From positions 130,264,001 through 130,328,000 of the forward strand of contig NC_086097.1 in assembly GCF_963921235.1 (NCBI RefSeq): 64,000 nucleotides of DNA, given 5' to 3'. Under the pieces are notes generated by a model. The model saw only the letters and a list, made by a program, of their open reading frames with translations. It did not search any database and was not told the DNA's origin. Below, one piece after another: positions 13,121 through 26,628 of this stretch; position 1 is the stretch's first letter; each line of letters opens with the position of its first letter. The stretch comes from Mobula hypostoma. Lineage: Eukaryota. Made by a program: the position numbers and the translations under genes.

Positions 13121-14975
13121 CATAGTCATAGTCATGGTCATACTTTATTGATCCCGGGGGAAATTTATAGAACCATAAATAGTTAAATAGTAATATGTAA
13201 ATTACACCAGTAAATTATGAAATAAGTCCAGGACCAGCCTATCGGCTCAGGGTGTCTGACCCTCCAAGGGAGGAGTTGTAAAGTTTGATGGCCACAGGCA
13301 GGAATGACTTCCTATGATGCTCTGTGCTGCATCTCGGAGGAATGAGTCTCTGGCTGAATGTACTCCTGTGCCCACCCAGTACATTATGCAGTGGATGGGA
13401 GACATTGACCAAGATGGCAACTTAGATAGCATCCTCTTTTCACACACCACCGTCAGAGAGATCCATCCCCACAACATCACTGGCCTTACGGATGAGTTTG
13501 TTGATTCTGTTGGTGTCTGCTACCCTCAGCCAGCTGCCCTAGCACACAACAGCAAACATGATAGCACTGGCCACCACAGACTCGTAGAACATCCTCAGCA
13601 TCATCCGGCAGATGTTAAAGGACCTCAGTCTCCTCAGGAAATAGAGACGGCTCTGACCCTTCTTGTAGACAGCCTCAGTGTTCTTTGACCAGTCCAGTTT
13701 ATTGTCAATTCATATCCCCAGGTATTTGTAATCCTCCACCATGTCCACACTGACCCCCTGGATGGAAACAGGGGTCACCGGTACCTTAGCTCTCCTCAGG
13801 TCTACCACCAGCTCCTTAGTCTTTTTCACATTAAGCTGCAGATAATTCTGCTCACACCATGTGACAAAGTTTCCTAATGTAGCCCTGTACTCAACCTCAT
13901 CTCCCTTGCTGATGCATCCAACTATGGCAGAGTCATCCGAAAACTTCTGAAGATGACAAGACTCTGTGCAGTAGTTGAAGTCCGAGGTGTAAATGGTGAA
14001 GAGAAAGGGAGACAAGCCAGTCCCCTGTGGAGCCCCAGTGTTGCTGATCACTCTGTCGGACACACAGTGTTGCAAGCACACGTACTGTGGTCTGCCAGGT
14101 AATCAAGAATCCATGATACCAGGGAAGCATCCACCTGCATCGCTGTCAGCTTCTCCCCCAGCAGAGCAGGGCGGATGGTGTTGAACGCACTGGAGAAGTC
14201 AAAAAACATGACCCTCACAGTGCTCGCTGGCTTGTCCAGGTGGGCATAGACACGGTTCAGCAGGTAGACAATGGCATCCTCAACTCCTAGTCGGGGCTGG
14301 TAGGCGAACTGGAGGGGATCTAAGTATGGCCTGACCATAGGCTGGAGCAGCTCCAGAACAAGTCTCTCCAGGGTCTTCATGATGTGGGAGGTCAATGCCA
14401 CCGGTCTGTAGTCATTGAGGCCGCTGGGGCGCGGCGTCTTCGGCACAGGGACGAGGCAGGACGTCTTCCATAGTACAGGAACCCTCCGGAGCCTCAGGCT
14501 CATGTTGAATACATGGTGAAGTATTCCACATAGCTGAAGGGCACAGGCTTTGAGCACCCTGATACTGACACCATCCAGTCCTGCAGCCTTGCTTGGGTTG
14601 AGACGTTTCAGCTGTCTTCTCACCTGTTCAGCCGTGAAGCCCACCTTGTTGGTTTCGTGTGGGGGAGGGGTATGGTCATGAGAGCAGGGTGGGGGACTGT
14701 GAGGAGGGGTAGGAGGGGAGAGTGGAATATGTGTTGGTTGGGGGCCGACCACAGATGGCTCATGTGGGGGATGGGCAGGGGTCACAATGTCAAATCTGTT
14801 AAAGAACAGGTTAAGTTCGTTGGCCCTGTCCACACTGCCTTCAGCTCCTCTGTTGCTAGTTTGCCGAAACCCAGTGATGGTCCTCATCCCCTTCTAGACC
14901 TCTCTCATGTTGTTCTGCTGGAGTTTCCACTCAAGCTTCCTCCTGTACCTGTCTTTAGCCTCCCTGATCCTGGCT
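13121..14975 (-). mobile_element. Rex1/Babar-clade LINE (second subfamily), 5'-truncated and frameshifted
   Basis: ORFs 14048-14887 (KAAGLDG, LNDYRPVALTSHIMKTLERL, FFDFSSAFNTI) and 13710-14081 (GAPQGTGLSPFLF, KFSDDSAIVG, YKYLG); (ATGACT)n tail at 13121-13142. Confidence 0.88.
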
Positions 14976-15339
14976 AGATGTGTTCCAATTAGCTCCAATT
15001 AGACATACAAACATACTATCGCAAACATTACACATCTCACATAGCAATATCTGGATGGCGTTTTTAGTGATTTATGTTTGTCTCATGTTATCTTGCAGGC
15101 CGCGAGCTTTAAACAAGACAGGAGCTGGAGACTTCCTGTAAGTGTCTCAAACTCCTCTGCCCACAAGCCAGAGAATGTGGTTAGCATACCAGATGAGCTA
15201 TTTTGCTAACAGAGGAAGAAGCAAATGGTTTTGATAAAAGATCAGCAGTGCTATTTCTTCATCTGTGGTACAAAAGAAATTCTGTGCGCATTGTGCTGCC
15301 TCCTGAAAAGGATTTGTGAGGCCAAGCAGAACGAGAATA

Positions 15340-15455
15340 TAAGAACAAATTATTCGTGGAAGCAACAACACATGCAAAATGCTGGAGGAGCTCAGCAGGT
15401 CATGTTGCATCCATGGAAGGAAATAAGCTGTTGACGTTTTGAGCCAAGATCTCTG
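15340..15455 (-). mobile_element. Penelope-like pseudo-LTR fragment
   Basis: caacacatgcaaaatgctggaggagctcagcaggtc...gttgacgttttgagccaagatct. Confidence 0.6.
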
Positions 15456-16164
15456 TTGGCTATTTAGTTTGCTGCCCATCTTATACCTCAGTTTCACTTT
15501 CCTGTACTAACCCTACATTTGTAAGTATCTATTGAATTTCATTTTAAACATACCTCTGCCTTTCCTAATAACCATGGACTCATACACCTTTCCAGATGAA
15601 GCAGCAATTCAGTTGATCTTCTTCCAATCTAATGTACTGTACTCAGTGCTCCTGATGCCATAGGGCTATACAACTAGGAAACAGAACCTCTGCACAACTC
15701 ATCCACGTCCACCAAGACGCCAAACTGAGCTGGTCCCGTTGGCTGCATTTGGCTCGTATCCCAAAACTTTTTCCAAATCCCTTTACATTGGAGAAACCAA
15801 ATGCAGATTGGGTGATCACGTTAAAAGTAATACCTCCATTCATTCCGCAACAGTACTGCATTCTGAGCCGCAATAGCCCTGTCAAAAATATCAAATATTC
15901 CCTGTCATCTAAATAAAGAAGTCTCTTTCAATCACTAGAGATAGAACAAGAACTGGAGTTTTAAAGGTGGATTCAGCTGAAGGCCTTGATAGTAGAGCTT
16001 TGACCAGTGACCATTCCAGACACTGGAAGTCTGAGAGGAATGTATTTCATTCAGGTCCACTGCCTGAGTAGGAAAAGATGGTGATGGGTCGTGGCAGAGT
16101 AACAGAACTTTGACCAGCAATCAATTGATGTTTGGGATTGATTATCAAGAGCAAATTAAAGGAA

Positions 16165-17100
16165 GGCAGGGATTCGTTAGTTAGGAAAATAGATAGGAGG
16201 TTCTGTGGGTGAGAACAAGATTCCTGGGTGGTATGTGCCCCCTGTGTGCCAGGGCCTGGAACATCTCAGACTGAGTCCTCAGCATTCTTAAGTGAGAGGG
16301 TGAACAGTCAGAGGTCATGGTCCATGAAGGTACCAATGACGTGGGTAGGATGAGTGACGAGGCTCTGCAAAGGGAGTTCAGGAAGTTAAGTGCTAAGTTA
16401 AAGGGCAGGACCTTCAGGGTTGTGATCTCAGGATTGCTACCTGTGCCCAGTGCCAGTGAGGCCAGAACTAGGAAGATTATCAGTTCAATACATGGTTAAG
16501 GAGTTGGTGTAGGAGGGAGGGCATAAGATTTTTGGATCACTGGGCTCTCTTCCAGGGAAGTTGGGTTTGCACCTGAACTGGAGGGGGGCTAATATCCTAG
16601 TGGGAAGGTTTGTTAATGCTGCATGGTGGGGTTTAAACTAGAGTTGCAGGGGGATGGGAACCAGAGTGCCAGAACAGTTAGTGGAGTGGTTGTGGAGGCA
16701 CCTGAGGTTGGCAAGACCTCAGACAAATCAGGAATCAAAAAGTTGAGCATGGTGCGACTAGTGTCATGAGATCTGTATATTTCAATGCAAGAAGTATCAT
16801 GGGAAAGGTGGATGAGCTCAGGGCATGGATCAACACCTGGAATTATAACATTGTAGCCATTAGTAAGACTTGGTTGCTGGAGGGACAGGACTGGCAGCTC
16901 AATATTATGGGATTTTATTCTTTTAGAAATGACAGAATGGGAGGAATTAAAGGAAGAGGGGTGGCATTACGAGTCAGGGAAAATGTCACAGCAGTGCTCC
17001 GTTAGCACAGACTGGAGAACTCGACTAGTGAGGTGTTATGTGTGGAACTGAGAAATGAGAAAGGTATGACCATGTTAAGGGGGCTATATTACGGACCAGT
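16165..17100 (+). mobile_element. CR1 LINE fragment spanning ORF1 (SGNH/GDSL esterase-like) and the ORF2 APE start
   Basis: ORF1 motifs VHEGTNDVG, VVISGLLPVP, GLHLNWRGANILVGRF; ORF2 motifs YFNARSIMGKVDELRAWI, VAISKTWL, GRGVALRVRE. Confidence 0.85.
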
Positions 17101-18550
17101 GATACTTACTCAGTGAGTGGTAGGGCACTGAGGAGTGTGATAGAACAAAGGAATCTGTGAATACAGATACATAATTCCTTGAAAGTGGTGTCACAGGGAG
17201 ACAGATTTGTAAAGAAAGCTTTTGGCATAATGGCCTTCATAAATCAATGTCTTGAGTACAAAAGATCAATGTTATATGTTGAAGAAGGGAGAGAAAATCT
17301 GCAGATTCTGGAAATCCAAGCAACGCACCCAAAATGCTGGAGGAACTCAGCAGCTCAGGCAGCATCTATGGAAAAGAATAAACAGTTGATGTTTCAGGCC
17401 GAGACCTTTCAGCAGGACCTAGATCCAATGCAGGCGGTGGAGAGAGAATCCTGGAGCTGTGGAAGCCACTGGGAGAGGGTCCCCAGGTACCCCCCTCATA
17501 GCGGAAAGCGTGGTGCATATAACACAGCTGGAGAAATAGTGGGAGAAGCGGTCGATTGAATGCAAGGACCTGGGGTCCTCAGGGGGTCTGGCTCCAGAAG
17601 CTTGAAAACTGATCTGGAAGCCATGTGGCACAAGATGGTAGCAAAGACATGTTTCCTGTGGTAGTGGGATCGGGTGGCCATATGTTTAAAGAGTCAGAGG
17701 ACAGCAGAGCTCACAGAAGGGGAGCTGTGAGAGAAAGTTTCACTAAACTCCTGTCGAAGGGAAGATTTGAACTTCTTCAGGGTAGGCATTCCTAGAAGAC
17801 ACTTTGCAGTGTAATAGTAGCAGAAAGACGAGAAAATCTGCAGATGCTGGAAATCCAAGCAACACACACAATATGCCAGAGGAATTCAGCAACCTGTTGA
17901 AGGGTCTTGGCCTGAAATGTCAACTGTTTACTCTTTTCCATCGATGCCGTCTCCAGCATTTTCTGTTACTTTGAAGTTAAATAAGACGTTGGTGAGTCTT
18001 AATTTGGATCATTGTGTGCAGTTTTGGTAACCTATAGGAAAGATGTAAACAAGGCTGAAAGAATGCAGAGAAAATTTACAAGTATGTTGCCGGGTCTGAA
18101 GCACCTGAGGTATAAGGAAAAGTTGAATAGGTTATGACTATATTCTTTAGAACATAGGAGAATGAGAGGAGATTTGCTAGAGGTATACAAAATTATGAGG
18201 GGTATAGATAGGGTAAATGCAAGAAAGCTTTTCCCACTGAAGTTGGGTGGGGCTACAACCAGAGGTCATAGCCACAGGGTGAAAAGTGAAAAGTTTAATG
18301 GGAACATGAGGGGAAACTTCTTCACTTAGAGGTCTAGGAGAGTGTGGAATGAGCTGTCAGCACAAGTGGTGCATGCAAACTCAATTTCAACATTCAAGAG
18401 AAGTTTGGATACATGGATAGTATGGATATGGTAGGCTGAGGTCCTGGTGCAGGTCAATGGGGGTAGGTAGTTTAAATGGTTTCAGCATGGACTAGATGGG
18501 CTGAACTGCCTGCTTCTGTGCTGTACTTCTCTCTGACTCTCTGACTCTGT
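17100..18550 (+). mobile_element. CR1 LINE 3' part interrupted by a Penelope insertion
   Basis: KKAFGIMAFINQCLEYK before 17284 continues after 17976 (cattgtgtgcagttttgg...gggaaacttcttcac...tggaatgagctg); ends in (ctctga)n. Confidence 0.75.
17285..17970 (-). mobile_element. Internally deleted Penelope-like element with 5' inversion
   Basis: Minus-strand order: partial pLTR (17825-17890), likely ORF N-terminal remnant (TCLCYHLVPHGFQISFQAS...TTLSAMR), pLTR with HHR-like motif (17290-17419). Inverted pLTR piece at 17893-17970. Flanked by TTGAAG at 17279-17284 and 17971-17976. Confidence 0.7.
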
Positions 18551-19654
18551 ACCCTATCACCAGGTAGCTCTTCCTCCAGTCCCTCCCTCCCCCTTTTCAT
18601 ACTGACCTGAAACATCAACTATCCATTTCCCTCCACAAATACTGCCTGACCATTGAGTTCCCCACGCATCTTACTTATTGCCTATGAGTTATCATATCTG
18701 TTTCAGAAATATTGCTTATAGATACAATTCAACTGAAATGGTGTGGCTAGCTCATCTTTGAAATAGTGGTGTGGGATCTTTGCCTATGTCAAGCTCAGGT
18801 AGAGAGGACTTCAGTTTAATGGCTCATCCAAAAGAAAGCACCTCCAACTGTGCAACACTCCTTTAAAGTGTCATTATACATCTGTACCAGAGTGGGCTTT
18901 GTTTCTACAACTTGCTAGACCAGAGACAATAATACAGTTCACTGAGGTGCAAGAATTGCAACTGCAAATAACTCAGGCCAAGCATTGCCTAATTGCCATA
19001 TGTTGTGACTCCCTGAAGAAATCTACAGTATATAGTCCATATCTATAGTTCTGTGCATCATTTAGCTACAGTTTATAAAGGAAGTATTATTATTTTGCTT
19101 CCACTTATTCCTAAGTTGGATTTTAATAAACTCCATTTGGTGGTTCGGCTATGAACTGACTTCTGGGAATAAGAAAGTACAATGCTGTCTGCAACACACT
19201 GCTTACACTGAGGAACAAAATTGTAAAAATTGAGTTTAATACTAAATATTGACGCTGGTTGCTTTTTAGAAACACAAGAACATAATAATTAAACTAATTG
19301 GATCCATTAGCCCACTCCTCCATTCAGTAGGCCCCATTTCACCACACAGCCACCATCCTCTAACATTTGGATTGAAGCATTTTGTTTCCTTGAAATTAGC
19401 AAGTGGTTGTGCATTGTCAGCGTTGTGAGGCAAAGATTCTGCAACCACCTCATGAAATACAAGTTCCCTCCATCTCAGTTCTTCATTCTGAGACTGTGGC
19501 TTGTCGAGAAGAAGCAGCCTTTTGACCTTTTGACATTGTTTGGTCCCATCACCTTAGACAACACTGTGAAGTAGTGAGGTGATTAATTACAAGGATGAAC
19601 AAAAGGCCAGAAACAGAGTTTGACTGAGATCTCAAATTATTATTGGGTCAGAGG

Positions 19655-19960
19655 AACGCACACAAAATGCTGGAGGGACTTAGCAGGTCAGGCTGCATCT
19701 ATGGAAATGAATACAGTCGACATTTTGGGCTGAGACCCTTCTTCAGTAATCAGAAGGAAGGGAGAAGATGCCAGAATAAAACGGTGGGGGAAGGAGGGGA
19801 AGGAGGCGAGCTGGAAAGTGGTAGGTGAAGCAAGGTGTGTGGGAAAGGTCAAGGGCTGGCAAAGAAGGATTCTGATAGGAGAGGAGAGTGGACTGTAGGA
19901 GAAAGGGAAGAAGCAGGGGTCCTAGGGGAAGTAATAGGCAGGTGAGAGGAGATTACCGAC
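19655..19960 (-). mobile_element. Penelope-like 3' end with hammerhead-like motif
   Basis: Reverse complement reads ctgaagaagggtctcagcccaaaatgtcgactgtat...gatgcagcctgacctgct, with a pyrimidine-rich tract upstream as at 59040-59330. Confidence 0.7.
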
Positions 19961-20734
19961 ACAGGGAGCAGAGTGATTTGAAAATAAGTTGGAAAACTTT
20001 AAAATTGGGGCATTGTTTAAAGAAGATGCAATGTGGGCTAATGAATGGTGGGGTAGTGGGTGAAGGGAACTTAGTGATGAACTCAAGTAGTACAATGTGG
20101 GATGACTTCAAGTCAATGGTATGTTGATGGACATGGACTAGATATGAGAGTGTTAGAGTTCTCAGATCTCAAGGTGACAAAGGTGAGGATATGGTTTCAG
20201 CAGGAGATGAGCTGAGTATTTTTCCATAAGTGGAAGAGAAATGGTAAACTGACAGTTCATACAATGGATTGGCACTCATCCAGGCTGTTAATTTCCTTGA
20301 TAACCAATCCCTAGAGGAAAAAAACTATAGGTTGGGATAAAACACAAATTATTATTGCTGTAGTCCTGCCAAGTTATTTCAATAACCAGAATTGACCTTA
20401 TCCTAGTTAACATGTGGTATTCACAGCACTGGGGAGTCCAGCGGTCTGCTGGAAGTGGACTTTATCCAAGTTTAACTCCTCAGAGTCACAGACCTCTAAA
20501 GAAATGTTGAAAGTTTATAAGAGGTTGTTGGGTTTGCTTGGCTACAGATCTTCAGATATCTGGATTATGTCTCAGACAGAGAGGCAGTGCCCACTCTAAA
20601 GCAAACTTTCTCACCCATGTCTACAATCTAATGTAGCATGATATTAGACAACAAAATAAAACCACCAAATATTGGGTGGATCAACTGTTTTTCCCAGGAA
20701 CAACTGAATGACCCATAGCATTCAGCAAGTTACA

Positions 20735-21070
20735 TAGAGTCACAGAGAGATACAGCATACAAATAAGTCCTTCAGTCCACCAAGTCTACACCAAATATCA
20801 ATTATCCATTATTCTAATAATCCTACCTTAACCCATTTCATCTTCTCATTATCCATCAACTATTCCCACATTCTATCAGTCATCTACAAACTAAGGATAG
20901 CTTACTGGAGCCATTTAACCTACCATCTGACTATTTTTGGGATGGGGGAGGAATTGAGAGCACCCAGGGAAAGCCTATACTCTCCCATGGAAGCTCCACA
21001 TAGATAGCATCAGAATTTATCATTGAACTTGGGTCATCAGTGCTTTGAGGCATAGTTCTACTCGCTCCAC
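20735..21070 (-). mobile_element. V-SINE/HE1-like SINE
   Basis: tttttgggatgggggaggaattgagagcacccagggaaagcc, reverse complement of the V-core. Confidence 0.55.
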
Positions 21071-22073
21071 AACTCTGTTTGTGAAGACAGTACATTGCTA
21101 ATAATGGGCTTAGAGAATGCCCTTGAAATACAGTCACTGAGTCACACTGCATGGAAAGAGAGCTGTGGCCCAACTCATTCATTTGACCAAGATGAATATC
21201 CAAGCTAGACCTATTTGCCTCTGTTTGGTCCATATTAACTTTTCTTAACCACGTACCTAAATAAAAATGTCTGGCTCCTCAAACAAGTTTGCAGATCATA
21301 AGCAGCTAGCCACATAGTTGACATGGAGAGGAAAAATTTAGACTGCAGGAAGAAATTGATAGTCTTGTCACTTCTTGGAAGGAGTGGGCAGAGACAGTGG
21401 TAGCCTTTCTCCAGTACTTTGAGGTACCTGCTGTAAGGTATCCACATCTCCATTGTATGTAGGAATGTGGAGTCCATTGTTGCCAGCTTGGTGGCTTTGC
21501 CTTCTGACAACTCTTCCTCAAATAGCTAATGGCTATAATGACACAATGAAGGCCAAAGTGAATTTTAATCATTTTCTAGTTTTGCTTGGACGTGGATCCT
21601 GAGATATGGAAAGTGACCTATGATTTCCCTGGAAACTCAATTGACTGCAGATGCTGGAACCAGGAGCAATACACAAAATGCTGAAGGAATTCAATGGGTC
21701 AGACAGAATCTATGGAAGGAAATGGTAATCAACATTTTGGGTCAATACCTTACATCTGGACTGGAAAGAAAATATTAGTCAGCAACAAATTGGAATTAGA
21801 TATCCAAATGGGGACACAACACGAGCTTTTTTTGGAACTCTAAATTGACATCTTGTGAGGTGTGAAACTCGTCCAGTACAAAGTCAGGAGATCAATTCAT
21901 AGACCATGCATCCGTAGTAACATTGTTCATAGAAATTCCTCACAAAAGCTGCTTACACTTTTGCCCAATTCTGTTTTAAATTTAAATACCTTTCTATCTT
22001 TTTAAAAAGGGTTAATTGAATTTGTACTCTTGTTAAGAGCCTGCTCCATTGCCCAATTTCCTCCCTAAAAATG

Positions 22074-23480
22074 TAGAAACATAGAAACATGGAAAATAGG
22101 TGCAGGAGTAGGCCATTCAGACCTTCGAGCCTGCACTGCCATTCAGTATGATCACCCTGTACCAGCCTTCCCTCCAGACCCCCTGATCCCTTTAGCCACA
22201 AGGGCCATATCTAACTCCCTCTTAAATATTGCCAGTGAAGTGGCCTCAACTATTTCCTGTGGCAGAGAATTCCACAGGTTCACCACTCTCTGTGTGAAGA
22301 AGTTTTTCCTAATCTCAGTCCTAAAGGGCTTCCCCTTTATCCTCCAACTGTAACCCCTCATTCTGGACTTCCCCAACATTGGGAACAATCTTCCTGCATC
22401 TAGCCTGTCCAATCCCTTTAGGATTTTATACGTTTCAATAAGATCCCCCCTCAATCTTCTAAATTCCAATGAGTATAAGCCTAGTCGATCCAGTCTTTCA
22501 TCATATGAAAGTCCTGCCATCCCAGGAATCAATCTGGTGAACCTTCTTTGTATTCCCTCTATGGCAAGAATGTCTTTCCTCAGATTAGGGGACAAAACTG
22601 CACACAATACTCCAGCTGTGGTCTCACCAAGGCCTTGTACAACTGCAGTAGTACCTCCCGGCTCCTGTACTCGAATCCTCTCGCTATAAATGCCAGCATA
22701 CCATTCGCCTTTTTCACCGCCTGCTGTACCTGCATGCCCACTTTCAATGACTGGTGTATAATGACACCCAGGTCTCGTTGCACCTCCCCTTTTCCTAATC
22801 GGCCACCATTCAGATAATAATCTGTTTTCCTGTTTTTGCCACCAAAGTGGATAACCTCACATTTATCCACATTAAATTGCATCTGCCATGACTTTGTCCA
22901 CTCACCTAACCTACCCAAGTCACCCTGCATCCTCTTAGCATCCTCCTCACAGCTAATACTGCTGCCCAGCTTTGTGTCACCCGCAAACTTGGAGGTGCTG
23001 CATTTAATTCCTTCATCCAAGTCATTAATATATATTGTAAACAACTGGGATCCCAGCACTGAGCCTTGCGGTACCCCACTAGTCACTGCCTGCCATTCTG
23101 AAAAGGTCCCATTTATTCCCACTCTTTGCTTCCTGTCTGCCAACCAATTCTCTATCCACATCAATACCTTACCCCCGATACTGTGTGCTTTAAGTTTGCA
23201 CACTAATCTCCTGTGTGGGACCTTGTCAAAAGCCTTTTGAAAATCCAAATATACCACATCCACTGGTTCTCCCCTATCCACTCTACTAGTTACCTCCTCA
23301 AAAACTTCTATGAGATTCGTCAGACATGATTTTCCTTTCACAAATCCATGTTGACTTTGGCCGATGATTTCACCGCTTTCCAAACGTGCTGTTATCACAT
23401 CTTTGATAACTGACTCTAGCATTTTCCCCACCACCGATGTTAGGCTTACCGGTCTATAATTCCCTGGTTTCTCTCTCTCT
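22074..23480 (-). mobile_element. Young CR1 LINE, 5'-truncated; near-identical to 36385-37808
   Basis: RT ORFs 22580-23509 and 22152-22607 (NYRPVSLTS, DFQKAFDKVPH, GVPQGSVLG, KFAGDT); (TTTCTATG)n tail; one 1-bp frameshift near 22590. Confidence 0.93.
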
Positions 23481-25559
23481 CTCCTTTTATAATAATTAAA
23501 ACAGTTCAATTTTCTATTTACTTTTTCCAGATCGCTACAATTATACGAACAGTTTCATTCTCATTGGTTCAGTTCTTTGTTAATAATGGTGCTGATGCTC
23601 CTTCGTTTTTTTCCCTTTTGCTAACAGCCACTCCTTTGCTTCATTTCCACTGATATTTCTATTCTTTTTTCATCATTGCTTGATAATTGTTATCAATTTG
23701 GGTGGGCCAGCTCTGTGGTGTATTACAAGGGTGGCTTACGCTCTGCAGAGGAAGTCATCTGATGGGCTTGCTGTCACTGAACCTGCCATCCATTGAGTAT
23801 TTCAGTAACCGACCCTTTTTAGCCCATTTCCTCATTCATTTCCTCTGGGATTGTAGTGTGGCCTCAATATCCCAAATACAATTAATTACTGAAATTTCTT
23901 CATGCCGTGCTTTACAGATGTCCATTTTTAAATTGTTGACAATTTCCAAAATGAATAATTTAACATTTGTCCTTTCCTGATGATTATTCCAAACAAAGCT
24001 CTATTATGTAACATGATAAAAAAAAAATTGAACTTGTTATGTTGCGATTTGTATTCCCTGATGCAAGGTTTTGACCTGAAACGTCAATAATTCCTTTCGT
24101 CCCACAAATGCTGCTCAACCCATTGAGTTCCTACAGCGGATTGTTCATTGCTTGTGTTTTGATTGTTCTCTGAATCTTTTAAATATTGAGTTCAGTTGTT
24201 CACAACAGATTGTATTTCCTACCATCTTGCTTCCTTCCATCATCTGAAATTTTCATTTTTGTTTTGTTCAGGGGATGAGGGTGCTGTTGGTTTGGCAGGT
24301 AATTATTGCCTATGAACTGTGTGACTTGATGATAAAGTCAACCTCGTTACCTTAAGTGTAGAGTCATATAGAGGCCTGACTAGATAAGACGGCAGCTTGT
24401 TCTTCTTAAAGATTTGCAGCAAAATGCTGTTATTTTGTTTTTACTCCATTCTAGTGGTTTCATGGTGATAGCCGATATTTAAATTGGTAAATAGGTAAAT
24501 TATTTTATTATTGTTAAATGCATCAAGGTACAGTGTAAAACGTTGTTTTGCATGATATCCATACGGATCGATTCATTACAATGGTGTATTGAGGTAGTGC
24601 AAGGGAAAAGCAATAACATTACGCAGGATAAAGTGTTACAGTTACAGAGAAAGTACAGTGAGGGAGAAAATAAGGTAGAATATGTGGTCAAGGGACTATC
24701 TTATCAAATAAGAGGACCATTCAATTCTCTTATAACAGTGGGATAGATGCCATTCTAGTGGTATGAGCTTTGAGGCTTTTATATTTTCTGCCCAATGTGA
24801 GGGGGAGAAGACAGAATATTAAATTTTAATTCCGATTTATAAATTTACTAGAATGCAACTGTAACATTTGTCATGGTGGGATTTGAGCACTAGCCCAGTA
24901 ACATAACTCAAGCAATTTAATAATTTAAAGTAAATTACATTAATTATTGAAGCACACAAACTACATGAGTTAAGTTACTGGGTTTAGTGACTTGGAGACA
25001 AGTTCAAGTCCTACCATGGCAAATATAAAATTTGAATTCAAGTAGTTTCATAAATCTGGAACTAAAATCTACCATAAGTGATGACCATGAACTATAGGAA
25101 TTACTTATTTATGGACTTAATATTGTTTCTCATTGGTATATTTTCACTTATAAGATATACCATATTCTCTGGTCCCTATAATAATTTTGAAAATCTACCT
25201 TGTTTTTCCATTTATACACATTCTTTTATAAACTCTGTCATGGATTTGGAACTTGTCCATCCCGAGGACAGCACACTTATTATTCTTGGCCTTCACATTT
25301 ATTTTGATATGAAATCTAACTACGCAGGGATCATTAAAATATCAGGGCACCACCTACTTCCAGGTTACCAGTCATTTCTGGTAGCCTGCTGAGTGTTCAA
25401 TCTAATTGAACATCTGTCCTAGAATCCAACTTCAATAACAAATTCTGTGTAAACAGGAAGCTAATGATTTTACACTTTATAATATGCAATGATCTTCTTT
25501 TTATTCTTTTGCAGCTTCTTTCACTTAACAGATCAGATTTCGATCATAAGAAAATAGAA

Positions 25560-26150
25560 TCTGATTAATATCTATTACCACTGTCTTATAAGATATGAAA
25601 TTTATTGTTTTGCAGTAGCTGTTTAGTGCAAAGATACAAAATATCAAGATAAATAAATAATGCAAAAAAGAAGCAAAAAAGGTAGCATCCATGGGTTCAT
25701 GGACCATTCAGGAATCTGATCTGATGGCGGAGGGGAAGAATGGGTCTTCAGTCTCCTGTATCCCTTCCTTAACGGTAGTAACAGGGAAAGGACATGTCCT
25801 GGATGGTGAGAGTTCTTAGTGATGGGTGCTACCCTCTTGAGGCATCACCTCTTGGAAATGTCCTTAATGATGGAGAGGGCAGTACCCATGATGGAGTTGG
25901 CTGAATCGACAATCCTCTGCAACCTCGAGTGATCTGATGCATTGGAGCCTCCATATCAGGCTATGGTACAACCAGTCAGAATGCTCTCTGCCATATATCT
26001 ATACAAATTTGTAAGAGTCCGACAACAAACCAAATTTTGTCCAACTTCTAATGAAGTAGAGCCACTGGCATGGCTTCATAATTGCATCAATATGCTAGGC
26101 CCAGGGTAAACCCTCCAAGATTTGATACCCAGAAACTTAAAACTGCTTGA
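25560..26150 (-). mobile_element. Rex1/Babar-like LINE 3' fragment (degenerate)
   Basis: Reverse complement parallels 60841-61490 (gtccatt...ggcggaggggaagaa...gtcagaatgctctc...cccagaaacttaaaactgct). Confidence 0.65.
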
Positions 26151-26383
26151 ACTGTGGATATGGATTGATTAATCTGAATGCCATATCATCGAATCACAAA
26201 AATTTAATGCCTTTCGGCCCATCGTATCCATGAAGCATTACTGAGCATCTAATCCCAACATCTCTTTGATCTAATACCATTAGGAAGGAGGTACAGGAGC
26301 ATCAGGTCTGTGACCATCAAACTAGGTAACAGCTTCTTTCCACAGACTGTGGGACTGATGGCAGAGACTAATGAATATCCTGC

Positions 26384-26628
26384 TGTTATGTTTTGTAACT
26401 TCAAAACATTAAATTAATTTAAAGGAGTCACAGGAGTCCGGGAATACGGGTGTAGTTTGAGCTTACTTTAAGCAAGGCATGCACGTATCATGTACTAGTT
26501 TGATGATATATGAAATTACCGTATTTTTACATATACCCCATAATTATTTAAATAAACAAGAATGCTTAGTCAATCAACATATATATACAAGATTACTCAA
26601 CTCTTATTGAAATATCAAATACACAACA
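26384..26628. mobile_element. 245-bp solo LTR
   Basis: TGTT...AACA termini and a perfect 5-bp TSD CCTGC (26379-26383, 26629-26633); inserted in a Rex1-like 3' fragment. Confidence 0.75.
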
